A stretch of DNA of 64,000 nucleotides, from positions 46,994 through 110,993 of the forward strand of contig JANPCX010000040.1 in NCBI GenBank assembly GCA_031431125.1. The letters are read 5' to 3'. Both the position numbers and the translations under genes were made by a program. The notes under the pieces are model-generated. The model was not told the DNA's origin and made no database searches. It worked only from the letters and a program-made list of their open reading frames with translations. This stretch comes from Burkholderiales bacterium. GTDB taxonomy: Bacteria > Pseudomonadota > Gammaproteobacteria > Burkholderiales > Burkholderiaceae_C. This document shows, piece by piece, positions 9,217-18,523 of this stretch (positions are counted from its first letter, which is position 1; every line of letters starts with the position of its first letter).

Positions 9217-10188
9217 ATGAAACGACTGCTTTTGGCCACCGCCGCCATCTTGGGTTCTGCCGCTGCGTGGGCAGACTACCCGGACAAACCCATCACCATC
9301 ATCGTGCCCTTTGCCGCGGGAGGGCCTACTGACAAAGTCGCGCGCGATTTGGCCGAGGCGCTGCGCAAGCCGCTCAATAACGCCACCATCGTCGTTGAAA
9401 ATACCGCCGGTGCGGGCGGCACTTTGGGAGCGTCCAAAGTTGCTAAGTCGAGCAATGATGGCTACACCCTGTTGGTGACGCACCTGGGTATGGCGACAGC
9501 GCCAGCCCTGTATCGCACCTTGCCATACAAAGCGCTGGAGGATTTTGAATACCTCGGCGTGATCAATGAAGTTCCCATGACCCTGATCGGTCGCCCGACG
9601 CTGCCCGCCAACAACTACCAAGAGTTGCTCAAATGGATGGAGGCCAACAAGGGCAAGATCAACCTCGCCAATGCAGGCTTGGGTTCGGCATCGCACCTGT
9701 GCGGCCTCATGTTTCAAAGCACCATTCAAATTGACATGACCACCATCCCTTACAAAGGAACGGGCCCGGCCATGACCGACCTGCTCGGGGGGCAAGTTGA
9801 CTTGATGTGCGATCAAACGACCAATACCAGCGGCCAGATTGAAGCCGGCAAAGTCAAGGCCTATGCGGTAAGCACGTCAAAACGTTTGACCACACCGGCA
9901 CTGGCCAAACTGCCGACCCTCGACGAGTCGGGTTTGAAGGGCTTCAATGTCAGCACATGGCACGCCTTTTACGCGCCCAAGGGGACACCCAAGGCGGTAC
10001 TTGAGAGACTCAATGCCGCTCTGAAGCTGGCGCTGAAAGATGCGGACTTCGTTAAGCGTCAAGAAGCGCTGGGCGCAGTGATCGTGAACGACGCTCGCGT
10101 CAACAGTGCCGACCACAAGAAATTCGTGGAAGCCGAAACCGCCAAGTGGGGGCCAATCATCAAGGCAGCGGGGCAGTACGCGGACTGA
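9217..10188 (+). CDS. Tripartite tricarboxylate transporter substrate-binding protein (Bug/TctC family)
   Basis: ORF 9151..10188. The ATG at 9217 follows AAGGAGA. It has a signal peptide MKRLLLATAAILGSAAAWA and the Bug-family hallmark YPDKPITIIVPFAAGGPTD. Confidence 0.88.
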   Translation: MKRLLLATAAILGSAAAWADYPDKPITIIVPFAAGGPTDKVARDLAEALRKPLNNATIVVENTAGAGGTLGASKVAKSSNDGYTLLVTHLGMATAPALYRTLPYKALEDFEYLGVINEVPMTLIGRPTLPANNYQELLKWMEANKGKINLANAGLGSASHLCGLMFQSTIQIDMTTIPYKGTGPAMTDLLGGQVDLMCDQTTNTSGQIEAGKVKAYAVSTSKRLTTPALAKLPTLDESGLKGFNVSTWHAFYAPKGTPKAVLERLNAALKLALKDADFVKRQEALGAVIVNDARVNSADHKKFVEAETAKWGPIIKAAGQYAD

Positions 10189-10229
10189 CCTGAACATCTT
10201 CAACCCCGTTGAGGAGCTCCTACCTTGAG

Positions 10230-10260
10230 AAAAGGCCGTCCATCGTGGCGGCCTTTTTTG
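10230..10260. terminator. Rho-independent-type hairpin between convergent genes
   Basis: AAAAGGCCG-N10-CGGCCTTTTTT lies directly between the Bug gene stop and the TauE gene stop, with an A-run and a T-run on either side. Confidence 0.55.
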
Positions 10261-10261
10261 T

Positions 10262-11089
10262 TCACGACAACAGCAAACGAAGTGCGGAGATCATCAGCGC
10301 AACCACTATGATTTGCCGCAATGTTTTCGTGTTGAGCCTGCGAGACAAACGAACACCAATCGAAGAGAAAACAACACCGCTGACCACCAACAAGCACATG
10401 CCCCACCCTGAGATTGGACTTGCGGCAACCGCCTCGGTTGATGGATTGCTGTTTTGGATCAACGAAACCAAGTAACCTGTCACCGACAAGGCGCCGATCA
10501 ACAGCCCCGTCATGTTCGCGGTGGCAATGGCATCTTGAAATTTGCTTTTTGTCGCATAGACAAAATAGGCAATGGTGTACGTCCCACCACCCACACCAAT
10601 CAAGGTGGACACAACGCCAATCAGCCCACCAAAAGTAAAGTCCATTGCCTTGTTGCGAGTTTTGACACCTTCAGACTCGGCAATCGGCCACAGCATTACT
10701 GCAGCAAGACACAATTGCAATACCGCCACAACCCCAGTTGTCACCAGATGCTGAGCGCTGCCCAGCATCACAGCAACTAAAGGTGTGAACAGCGCGACTC
10801 CAAAAACAAAACTGCGCGCACCTGCGAAGATCGCAGATCTTTCTTCCATCGTGCGAATTCGATACTGTTTCGCCGCCGCGCCGATGGAATTGAAAAGCAC
10901 AACGAACCATGAGATAACGATGGCGTCGTGCAGAACCTCGTTGCCATACAGCCACGTCAGTGTGGGTATAACAACGATTCCTCCTGCCAAACCGACTAAG
11001 CCCGCAATCAAACCGGAAAGGGCCCCGGCGACAAGCAAAACCACAGTTTCCATCTGGGAGAGGTGGGCCCACTTTTCGGCCACACACAT
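10262..11089 (-). CDS. Sulfite exporter TauE/SafE family membrane protein
   Basis: ORF 10262..11131. It is a polytopic membrane protein with the duplicated TauE-like pattern (GLVGLAGGIVVIP..., GVGGGTYTIAYF). The start is uncertain: candidates are GTG 11131, ATG 11089 and ATG 11053. Confidence 0.78.
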   Translation of the reverse strand: MCVAEKWAHLSQMETVVLLVAGALSGLIAGLVGLAGGIVVIPTLTWLYGNEVLHDAIVISWFVVLFNSIGAAAKQYRIRTMEERSAIFAGARSFVFGVALFTPLVAVMLGSAQHLVTTGVVAVLQLCLAAVMLWPIAESEGVKTRNKAMDFTFGGLIGVVSTLIGVGGGTYTIAYFVYATKSKFQDAIATANMTGLLIGALSVTGYLVSLIQNSNPSTEAVAASPISGWGMCLLVVSGVVFSSIGVRLSRRLNTKTLRQIIVVALMISALRLLLS

Positions 11090-11838
11090 GTTGTAACGGC
11101 CGCGGAGTATGTCACGACTGTGCGACACCACGGACTCAGGTACACCAGCCCTTGTCTCACTCCGAAGGATGGCTCGCCCATTCTATGGGCTTGGAGCGCC
11201 GAAAGGCGGTATGCAAATCCTCCTAGTTGGGGCGCAGCAGTCGCCGATATGGTCTCCCGACCATTTGCGCCCCCGATTTACGCGATCGCCTCTGCGTGCT
11301 GTGGAGTCAGCTCAAGTCTGTTCAATATTTGGTGCCCTGGGCCTTGGCCGCATGAATACGCGGGGCCACGCGGATATTGCCGTTTTGAACGGAAGCAGGG
11401 GCTCGGTAAAACGGGAAATGTTGCAAAAGCACTGCTTGCGTATCGTCTACTGATGAATCAGATCGGGATGACGAAGCCTCCCGCAGAAACTGTACGAAAT
11501 GTGCATAGAACGTGTTGATTGGCTTGAACATCTCAAAGCCCCCTTCAAGTGATGGCCGCACACAACAGTCAACACGGTGGATGATGTGTCTGCATGTAAC
11601 TTGATGTTGTACTCCGACCTGCATGTTTTTACAGTGGGGAACACGCGCGAATGCCCAGTGCGCGTGAAAAAGGTCACGGCAACAATGCCCAAAACTCCCT
11701 GATCTCGGTCCGATGAACTTTGATCTTTCAACAGACGGACCCCTCAGGCTGGACTGCCTTCCCATCAAAAAGTCGCAGATGGCAGCCACAATCGCTGGCT
11801 GTACGGCTCCCAGTTACAACACCCACCGAGGAATTGAA

Positions 11839-12954
11839 TTGAAACTCTCAGTCAACCTATTTGTCTTGGTTTTGGCAGCTGTGCTGACCTCCGGCAACGT
11901 TCAAGCCCAAATCAAAATCGGACAAACAGCGGGCTTTACTGGAACAGCCGCAGCAGGCGTTAAAGAGATCACAGCGGGTGCACAGCTCTATTTTGACGCG
12001 ATCAATGCGCAGGGCGGCGTCAATGGCCAGAAGATTGAATTGGTGTCGATGGACGACAAGTTCGACCCGGCACTGGCTGCTGACAATGCAAAGCAGCTGA
12101 TTGCCGACAGCAAAATTGTTGCCTTGTTTCTGAATCGCGGCACGCCCCACACCGAAGCCATCATGCCTTTGCTCAAGGACGCAGGCATCAGTTTGATTGC
12201 GCCTTCCACGGGGGCCATGTCACTGCACAGTCCTGTGCATCCCTGGGTGTTTAACGTGCGTGCCACTTACCAAAAAGAGGCGGAGCACCTCACACGCCAT
12301 CTGTCCATTTCTGGGGCGCAGACGGTGGCGGTGATTCAAGTGAACGACTCTTTCGGCGCTGACGTTGCACCAGGTGTGATGAAGGTTTTCAAGGAACTTG
12401 GCAAAGAGCCAGCAGCCTATGAGCTCTTTGACCGAAAAGCGCCCGACTTCACGAAAATTGCTGCCAAAGTCGCCGCAGCCAAGCCACTTTCCGTGATTTT
12501 CATCGGCACAGGTTCAACAGTGGCCGAGGGTGTGAAGGCATTGCGCGCGGCAGGATCAACAGCCACCGTGGCCACGCTGTCCAACAACGCGTCAGCGGGT
12601 TTCATCAAACAAATGGGTGAAAACGCCACCAACATGATCGTGAGCCAGGTATTTCCTTCGCCACGCTCTTACAAAGTGGCCATGGCAGCAGAAGCATCGC
12701 AGCTCGCCGAAAGAAAGAAGATAGCCGAGGTGACACCGCAAATGCTTGAAGGTTTCGCGGCGGCCAAAGTGTTGGTGGCGGCACTGAAGCGCTGCGGCAA
12801 TGACATCACGCGCAGCAATATCAAGAAAGCGCTGGAAACCTTCAACAAGGTGGACATTGGCGGCTTGGAGGTGAGTTTCACCCCCACCGATCACACAGGT
12901 TTGCGTTTTTCCGAACTGTCTATCGTGAGCGCTGAAGGCGTGTTTCGGCGCTGA
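11839..12954 (+). CDS. Orphan ABC substrate-binding protein (Leu/Ile/Val-binding type)
   Basis: ORF 11713..12954. The TTG at 11839 is 6 nt after GAGGA and gives a clean signal peptide (KLSVNLFVLVLAAVLTSGNVQAQ). The sequence is Peripla_BP_6-like (IKIGQTAGFTGTAAAG, INAQGGVNGQKIELVSMDD). Confidence 0.8.
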   Translation: MKLSVNLFVLVLAAVLTSGNVQAQIKIGQTAGFTGTAAAGVKEITAGAQLYFDAINAQGGVNGQKIELVSMDDKFDPALAADNAKQLIADSKIVALFLNRGTPHTEAIMPLLKDAGISLIAPSTGAMSLHSPVHPWVFNVRATYQKEAEHLTRHLSISGAQTVAVIQVNDSFGADVAPGVMKVFKELGKEPAAYELFDRKAPDFTKIAAKVAAAKPLSVIFIGTGSTVAEGVKALRAAGSTATVATLSNNASAGFIKQMGENATNMIVSQVFPSPRSYKVAMAAEASQLAERKKIAEVTPQMLEGFAAAKVLVAALKRCGNDITRSNIKKALETFNKVDIGGLEVSFTPTDHTGLRFSELSIVSAEGVFRR

Positions 12955-12984
12955 GCAGTTTTCCGCAAAGTCACACGCCACACG

Positions 12985-13259
12985 GTGTGTGTCACCGAGT
13001 TGGGTTTGAAAGCTTTCGATGTGACGATTTGGCACGCACTTTATGGCTGGAAAAGGCGTTTCCAAGCCTGTGGTGGACAAACTCAACGCGGCTTTGAAAG
13101 CATCATTGAAGGACACCGAGTTCATCAAACGTCAAGAAGCGCTGGGCGCTGTGGTCATGACCGACGCGAGTCAACATGGCCGAGCACAAAAAATTCGTGG
13201 GAACCCAGATCAACAAACTGAGCACGGTCATCGAAGCGGCGGGACAGTACGCAGACTGA
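12985..13259 (+). pseudogene. Frameshifted C-terminal relic of a Bug/TctC-family binding protein
   Basis: Three reading frames together reconstruct ..LGLKAFDVTIWHALY / AGKGVSKPVVDKLNAALKASLKDTEFIKRQEALGAVVMTDAS / AEHKKFVGTQINKLSTVIEAAGQYAD*. This aligns with the last ~90 residues of the intact paralog at 9217..10188 (GLKGFNVSTWHAFYAPKGTPKAVLERLNAALKLALKDADFVKRQEALGAVIV...HKKFVEAE...IKAAGQYAD*). At least 2 frameshifts are present and no N-terminal part remains. Confidence 0.78.
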
Positions 13260-13287
13260 GAACCGCGACAGGTCAGCCGACACATAG

Positions 13288-13318
13288 AAAAAGGCCACCC
13301 TCGGGTGGCCTTTTTTTC
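13288..13318. terminator. Bidirectional rho-independent terminator
   Basis: AAAAAGGCCACC-CTCG-GGTGGCCTTTTTTT has a 7-bp GC stem with an A-run and a T-run. It lies between the Bug relic and the convergent binding-protein gene. Confidence 0.72.
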
Positions 13319-13354
13319 ACGGCCCTGCAGCTAAAAGGCCAGAAAATCCCGGCC

Positions 13355-14491
13355 TCAGAATCTCAAACGACCACTCAGGTCCACCACCCCCATGTCGACA
13401 AACTTTGAACCGTCATGGTTGGTCTTGGAAAAGTTCATGTAGTAACCACCAAGGTTCAAGTTCGAAATGCTTTCCAATGCAGCCACCAACTTGGCGCGAT
13501 CGATGTCTTTGCCCGCACGTTTGAGCCCTTCGACCATGACACGAGCAGCAATGTAGCCCTCCAGCACGGTGTAGTTGGGTTTGAGGTTGGGCGCCACGCG
13601 CTGCAGGTCCGCATGAAACTCTTGCTGGAATTTCAAATGATCCTTTTGCGGCTGCGGCAACACTTGAATCATGACCAAACCGCGTGCGTTTTTTCCCAGG
13701 TCAGCCACCACACGTGATCCGGAGAATGAACTGGTCGCAAACTGCCCTCCAAATCCCTTGGCCCGCATGCCTTGCACGATCTTCACAATCGGCTTGGCGT
13801 TGCTGATGAAAATCACCATCTCGGGCTTGGATTCCAACAGTTGGTTGACTTGAGGGGTGAAGTCTTGGGCATTTCTATCCAGCGAAACCACAGAGACGGC
13901 GCTAAGAGAACTTGCCGCCAATGCGTCCTGCATGGCCTTCAAGTTGGCCGGTCCTACATCACCGAGATAGGCCAAGGCGAACCGTTTGTAGCCCAGGCTG
14001 GCCAGGTTGCCGATGATTTTGCTCATCTCCTCGCGGTAACCCGCTCGGGTGTGGAACAAATAGGGGTTGTGGGCGGAACGGATGCCCATGTTGCCAGTCG
14101 CTGGCGACAGGATAGGAATTTGTGCCTTGGTGATGTAGTCGAGGCTGGCCTCGGTACCCGCGCCACTCGTATAACCAATGAGGGCCAACACCTGGTGGGT
14201 TTCATTGAGTTTTTTGGTATTCGCGAAGACCGACTCTTTCTTGCCGCCGTCGTCCTCGGTGATCAGCTTGATCTGGCGGCCGTTGACCCCACCCGTTCGA
14301 TTGGCCGCGGCAAAAGCAGCATCCAGGCCGGCCTTGATGTCTTTGCTGTATTCCGCCTGACCCCCGCTGAAGCCGGCGCTTTGGCCAATCAGAATGGTGT
14401 CGCTCGAGACACCCACCTGGGCCAACACAGGAACACTCGACATCAGGAATGCGACAGCAAACCACCCGCCATGGAAACGTTTCGAAAGCAT
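13355..14491 (-). CDS. Orphan ABC substrate-binding protein (Leu/Ile/Val-binding type)
   Basis: ORF 13355..14515. The probable start is M9 at 14491 (MLSKRFHGGWFAVAFLMSSVPVLAQ signal peptide). The sequence is Peripla_BP_6-like (ILIGQSAGFSGGQAEY, NRTGGVNGRQIKLITEDD). Confidence 0.85.
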   Translation of the reverse strand: MLSKRFHGGWFAVAFLMSSVPVLAQVGVSSDTILIGQSAGFSGGQAEYSKDIKAGLDAAFAAANRTGGVNGRQIKLITEDDGGKKESVFANTKKLNETHQVLALIGYTSGAGTEASLDYITKAQIPILSPATGNMGIRSAHNPYLFHTRAGYREEMSKIIGNLASLGYKRFALAYLGDVGPANLKAMQDALAASSLSAVSVVSLDRNAQDFTPQVNQLLESKPEMVIFISNAKPIVKIVQGMRAKGFGGQFATSSFSGSRVVADLGKNARGLVMIQVLPQPQKDHLKFQQEFHADLQRVAPNLKPNYTVLEGYIAARVMVEGLKRAGKDIDRAKLVAALESISNLNLGGYYMNFSKTNHDGSKFVDMGVVDLSGRLRF

Positions 14492-14617
14492 TAAATTGGC
14501 CTCATAGATACACAAAAAAGCTCAAGCTTGGTTCGCGGACCAGTCAAAAACTCTTTCCGTTGGTGCACTCTTCTACACCGGGCAGCGTAGCTGCTTGCAT
14601 GGGATTGATGTACTGAA

Positions 14618-15646
14618 CTACTTAGCAGGACCAGCACCCACCAATTGCGCTGGTGCAGCGTAGTGTTTGGGAATGTCGCCGGTCAACGAGCCCAAGAACG
14701 CAACGATGTCCGCGACGTCAGCGTCCGGAGCCTTGCGACCCAACTGCACCTCGGCCATCACACGCACCGCGTCTTCCAGCGTCGCCACCGAACCGTCATG
14801 AAAATAAGGCGCAGTTTTGGCAATGTTTCTCAACATGGCCACACGAAAAACTTGTTTGTCTTCGTCCTTCTTGGTCACCGCGAACCGGCCAGGTTCGACC
14901 TTCGCAGAGCCGGTCGCTAACCAGTAGTCTTTCACCAGACCAAACTTCTGGAAGGCGTTGCCGCCCAACAGTGCACCACTGTGGCAACCGACACAGCCAT
15001 AGGCCACAAACTTTTCCAAGCCAACCACCTGCTGCGGGTTGAGCGCCTTGGTCTCGCCGTTCAAGAACTTGTCGAACGCCGCAGGGGTGCGCAGTGTGCG
15101 CTGGTAAACCTCCAGAGCCTTGGCATAGTTTTCGGGTGTGACGGGGTCCGCTTGACCTGGGTAGCTGGCGCGGAACATGTCCTCGTAGCCCAAACCCTTC
15201 AGGACGGGGATCACCGCCTTGGCATCGTCAAAACCCATGGAACCAGTGATGGAGCCTAGCGCTTGATGCGCCCCGTCACGGCGGTCCCCCAACCAGCGCA
15301 GCGAGGGCTGCTCTTGAGACAGGAAAACAGGCTGGGAGTGCATGGTGGTGGGCACGCCACGGGCGTTGATCGAGAAACGACGTTTGTCCGAACTCCAGTC
15401 CACCGCCTCGTGGCAACTGGCGCAAGCGGTTTTGCCGTCACGCGACACCCGTTGATCCCAGAAAAGGGCACGGCCTAGAACGGCTTGGGGGGTGTTGACC
15501 TCTTGCTCGCTCACCGGTTGTACCGGCGCAAAAAGCGCCTTCGCTTGGGCCTGAAGCTGCGGACTGACCGGGTCTGCAACCCATGTGGAACAAGCGGCAA
15601 CCAGGGCGGAAACGCTCAAAACAACGAGCAAGTTCAGTTTTTTCAT
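14618..15646 (-). CDS. Di-haem cytochrome c peroxidase (CCP/MauG family)
   Basis: ORF 14618..15664. The likely start is MKKLNLLVVLSVSALVAAC (lipobox-like). It has two CxxCH haem motifs (CASCHE, CVGCHSG) and a typical CCP C-terminus (APYFHDGS). Confidence 0.88.
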   Translation of the reverse strand: MKKLNLLVVLSVSALVAACSTWVADPVSPQLQAQAKALFAPVQPVSEQEVNTPQAVLGRALFWDQRVSRDGKTACASCHEAVDWSSDKRRFSINARGVPTTMHSQPVFLSQEQPSLRWLGDRRDGAHQALGSITGSMGFDDAKAVIPVLKGLGYEDMFRASYPGQADPVTPENYAKALEVYQRTLRTPAAFDKFLNGETKALNPQQVVGLEKFVAYGCVGCHSGALLGGNAFQKFGLVKDYWLATGSAKVEPGRFAVTKKDEDKQVFRVAMLRNIAKTAPYFHDGSVATLEDAVRVMAEVQLGRKAPDADVADIVAFLGSLTGDIPKHYAAPAQLVGAGPAK

Positions 15647-15889
15647 CTTGAGGTCCAAGGTCACACAGAAAAGATGGGGGAAGCGGCCGTGCTGTTCATC
15701 ACGCTAGTGCTGGGTTTGAACCAGCCAAGGCGACAAATGACGCTCAGTCGTGAACTGTATCTCGCAGGGTTGAAAGCCCAAAGGCTGACAATTGATACAC
15801 GCTGTAACGACCAAGGCCCGCAGCGTGTTCGCCGGCCGAGTTCAAAAGGTGGCGATCGGCTTGCAGGCCTTGTTTGCAAAGGGTTTCAC

Positions 15890-16165
15890 ATGAAAACGAT
15901 ATTGGCAGTTTTGTTGTTCTGTTCAGTTACAACTTCTTACGCGAGCGATTTGTGGGAACGCAGTCGCGCCGCTCAAGTGTTGGTTTCTGAGGAAGCCGCG
16001 CAGAAACTGAGCCGTGCCGACTTGGTCAAACTCATGGCCTCGGTCGAAAAGGTCGCCATGCTGTTGCCATCTCCGGGCAACACGGGTGCCTACTTGGCTC
16101 TCGAACGGGAATTGGCGCGTCGCGACCAAAAGCCGCAGCAATACGCAACAAACGCAAAACCCTGA
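15890..16165 (+). CDS. Small secreted hypothetical protein (91 aa)
   Basis: An internal ATG at 15890 of ORF 15485..16165 gives a signal peptide MKTILAVLLFCSVTTSYA. The upstream part of the ORF overlaps the CCP gene and looks non-coding. No family recognised. Confidence 0.45.
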   Translation: MKTILAVLLFCSVTTSYASDLWERSRAAQVLVSEEAAQKLSRADLVKLMASVEKVAMLLPSPGNTGAYLALERELARRDQKPQQYATNAKP

Positions 16166-16185
16166 CACCTTGTCCTGGTGTGGGA

Positions 16186-16641
16186 TCAAGGCCTGGCATC
16201 GGGTCGGACAAGCAGCGGAATCGTCACCGGCCCATCGTTAATCAAGTGCACACGCATGTCGGCACCGAACTGACCGGTGGCAACAGGGGCATGTTGGCTG
16301 CGCGCACAAGCCACCACACGTTCGTAGAGCACTTGCCCGAGCAACGCCGGTGCGGCGCCAGTGAAACTGGGGCGGTTACCACTGCCGGTGTCCGCAGCCA
16401 GCGTGAACTGGCTGACGATGAGCAGTCCGCCCTTCACGTCCACCACGCTGCGATTCATCTTGCCCTGCTCGTCGTTGAAGATGCGCAGCTTCAGCAACTT
16501 GGCGACCAACTTGTCGGCCGTGAGTTCGGTGTCTTGCGGCTCAGCGCAGACCAGCACCAACAAGCCGTGCTCGATGGCGCCAACAACGCACCCTTCAATT
16601 TCCACATGGGCCTTGAGCACCCTTTGGATCAGCGCAATCAT
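16186..16641 (-). CDS. dtd: D-aminoacyl-tRNA deacylase
   Basis: 151 aa with MIALIQRV... at the N-terminus and the SQFTLAAD motif characteristic of Dtd. Confidence 0.92.
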   Translation of the reverse strand: MIALIQRVLKAHVEIEGCVVGAIEHGLLVLVCAEPQDTELTADKLVAKLLKLRIFNDEQGKMNRSVVDVKGGLLIVSQFTLAADTGSGNRPSFTGAAPALLGQVLYERVVACARSQHAPVATGQFGADMRVHLINDGPVTIPLLVRPDARP

Positions 16642-16670
16642 GCAATAGCCTTTGGCGCCAGCATGGCGAA

Positions 16671-17027
16671 TCAGCGGTCCATGCGCTTGAGTTCGTCGGC
16701 CAAGAACGCCGCCACCAGCACGGTACGGCCACCCGCGAGCCGTATTTGATAGGCCTGGCCCGTGGTGCTGGAGGCGGATGCAATTTGATCGATAAAGTCT
16801 TGCGCCGTGTTCACATGCTCACCCATTTTGGCAAGCTTGCCACGCAAGAAGCGGCCTGCCTCACTCGGAGAATAAGCTTTGCCACTGCGCACGAACTGAG
16901 CGCTTGGGTGGGTCTCAATCAAACGTATCAAACGCTCAATGCGTGCCTGCTCCGCAGGCGGAGGAAGGGCCAGGCTCCCTGCGCTGGCAGTGAGCAAAGA
17001 CCAAGCCAACCAACTTCTGCGGCGCAT
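16671..17027 (-). CDS. Secreted hypothetical protein (DUF5329-like)
   Basis: The ATG at 17027 shares one nt with the tyrS TGA. It has a signal peptide ([16 protein letters not shown]). The pattern ..[31 protein letters not shown].. resembles DUF5329. The family call is from memory and unverified. Confidence 0.6.
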   Translation of the reverse strand: MRRRSWLAWSLLTASAGSLALPPPAEQARIERLIRLIETHPSAQFVRSGKAYSPSEAGRFLRGKLAKMGEHVNTAQDFIDQIASASSTTGQAYQIRLAGGRTVLVAAFLADELKRMDR

Positions 17028-18265
17028 CAAGTCACCAACACCCGCGCAAACTTACGTTTGCCCACCTGAACCACATAGCTGCCCGGCCCCAAGCGCAGAC
17101 CGCGGTCGCTCACCACCGCACCATCAATGCGCACACCGCCGCCATCGACCAGACGCAGCCCCTCGGTGCTGGACGGGGCCAGGTTCGCTTGTTTCAGCAA
17201 AGCCCCGATGCCAATCGGGGAGCCGCTGAGTTGCACCTCAGGGATATCGGCGGGAACGCCACCTCGCGAGCGGTTGATGAAGTCTTGTTCTGCTGCGTCC
17301 GCCGCCGCTTTGCTGTGAAACCGCGCCGTGATTTCTTTGGCCAACAGGACTTTGGCGTCTTTGGGGTTGCGCCCCAGCATGACCTCGGCTTTCAACTCCG
17401 CGACGTCACCTTCACTGCGAAAACTCAGCAGCGGGAACCAGCGCCACATGAGGTCGTCGCTGATCGACAGCACCTTGGCGAACATGTCGTTGGCAGGTTC
17501 GGTGATGCCGATGGTGTTGCCCTTGCTCTTGGACATTTTTTCGACGCCATCCAGGCCCTCCAACAAAGGCATGGTCAAGATGCATTGCGGCTCTTGCCCT
17601 TTTTCTTGTTGCAGATGACGCCCCATCAGCAAATTGAACTTTTGGTCCGTACCGCCCAATTCCAAATCGCTTTTCAGCGCCACGGAGTCATAGCCCTGCA
17701 CCAGGGGGTACAAAAACTCGTGGACCGAGATGGGCGTGTTGCTGGCAAAACGCTTGGAGAAATCGTCGCGCTCCATCATGCGCGCCACCGTGTACTGCGC
17801 GGCCAACTGAATCATGCCGCGTGCGCCGAGCGCGTCGCACCATTCACTGTTGTAACGAACCTCGGCACGGTCGATGTCGAGCACCAAGCTGATTTGATTG
17901 AAGTAGGTCTGGGCGTTGGCCTCGATTTGCTCGCGTGTCAGAGGCGGCCGCGTGGCGTTGCGCCCAGAGGGGTCGCCAATCATGGATGTGAAATCGCCTA
18001 TCAGCGGAATCACGGTGTGCCCTAAGTCTTGCAACTGGCGCAGTTTGTTGAACACCACCGAGTGACCCAGATGCAAATCCGGCGCAGTGGGGTCCAGGCC
18101 AAACTTGATGCGAAGAGGCACCCCCAAAGCCGCAGCACGCGCCAATTTGAATTGCCATTCAGGCAAGGGCAGCAACTCCTCGCAACCGCGTTGGCTGATG
18201 GCCAGAGCCTCCTCCACAAGCTCTGTAATGGGGTAGTTTTTTGATGAATCCGTGCTGGATGCCAT
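17027..18265 (-). CDS. tyrS: Tyrosine-tRNA ligase
   Basis: 412 aa with class I motifs HLGH and KMSKS (EKMSKSKGN) and a C-terminal S4-like domain. Confidence 0.95.
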   Translation of the reverse strand: MASSTDSSKNYPITELVEEALAISQRGCEELLPLPEWQFKLARAAALGVPLRIKFGLDPTAPDLHLGHSVVFNKLRQLQDLGHTVIPLIGDFTSMIGDPSGRNATRPPLTREQIEANAQTYFNQISLVLDIDRAEVRYNSEWCDALGARGMIQLAAQYTVARMMERDDFSKRFASNTPISVHEFLYPLVQGYDSVALKSDLELGGTDQKFNLLMGRHLQQEKGQEPQCILTMPLLEGLDGVEKMSKSKGNTIGITEPANDMFAKVLSISDDLMWRWFPLLSFRSEGDVAELKAEVMLGRNPKDAKVLLAKEITARFHSKAAADAAEQDFINRSRGGVPADIPEVQLSGSPIGIGALLKQANLAPSSTEGLRLVDGGGVRIDGAVVSDRGLRLGPGSYVVQVGKRKFARVLVT

Positions 18266-18523
18266 GTTTATTTTTTTAATGTGAAATTTGAGGCCGGTTT
18301 CCTTGGCAGAACTCGGGCTATTGCCGACGTGTGGGACAGCCGGGGCCGTTATACTCGGCCCTCGTTTTTGTCAGGATCGACGCCTGGTTTACGGCCAGTC
18401 GCATCCCCGGCAAATTGAGCCAAGACCTGATTTTAGTGGCCAGGTCTTCGCCGCACCGCAATCTCGGCTGGGCATTGTTTTGCTCGGCCTGCTGATCGGG
18501 CCACCGTGCTCGCATAAAAACTG

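Noticed and set aside
11322-11789. 155-codon minus-strand ORF in the 11.1-11.8 kb gap as a real gene
   Set aside because: The first half is Cys/His/Arg-rich, no RBS or family match is recognisable, and it overlaps the extended frame of the binding-protein ORF. It is kept only as part of the gap finding.
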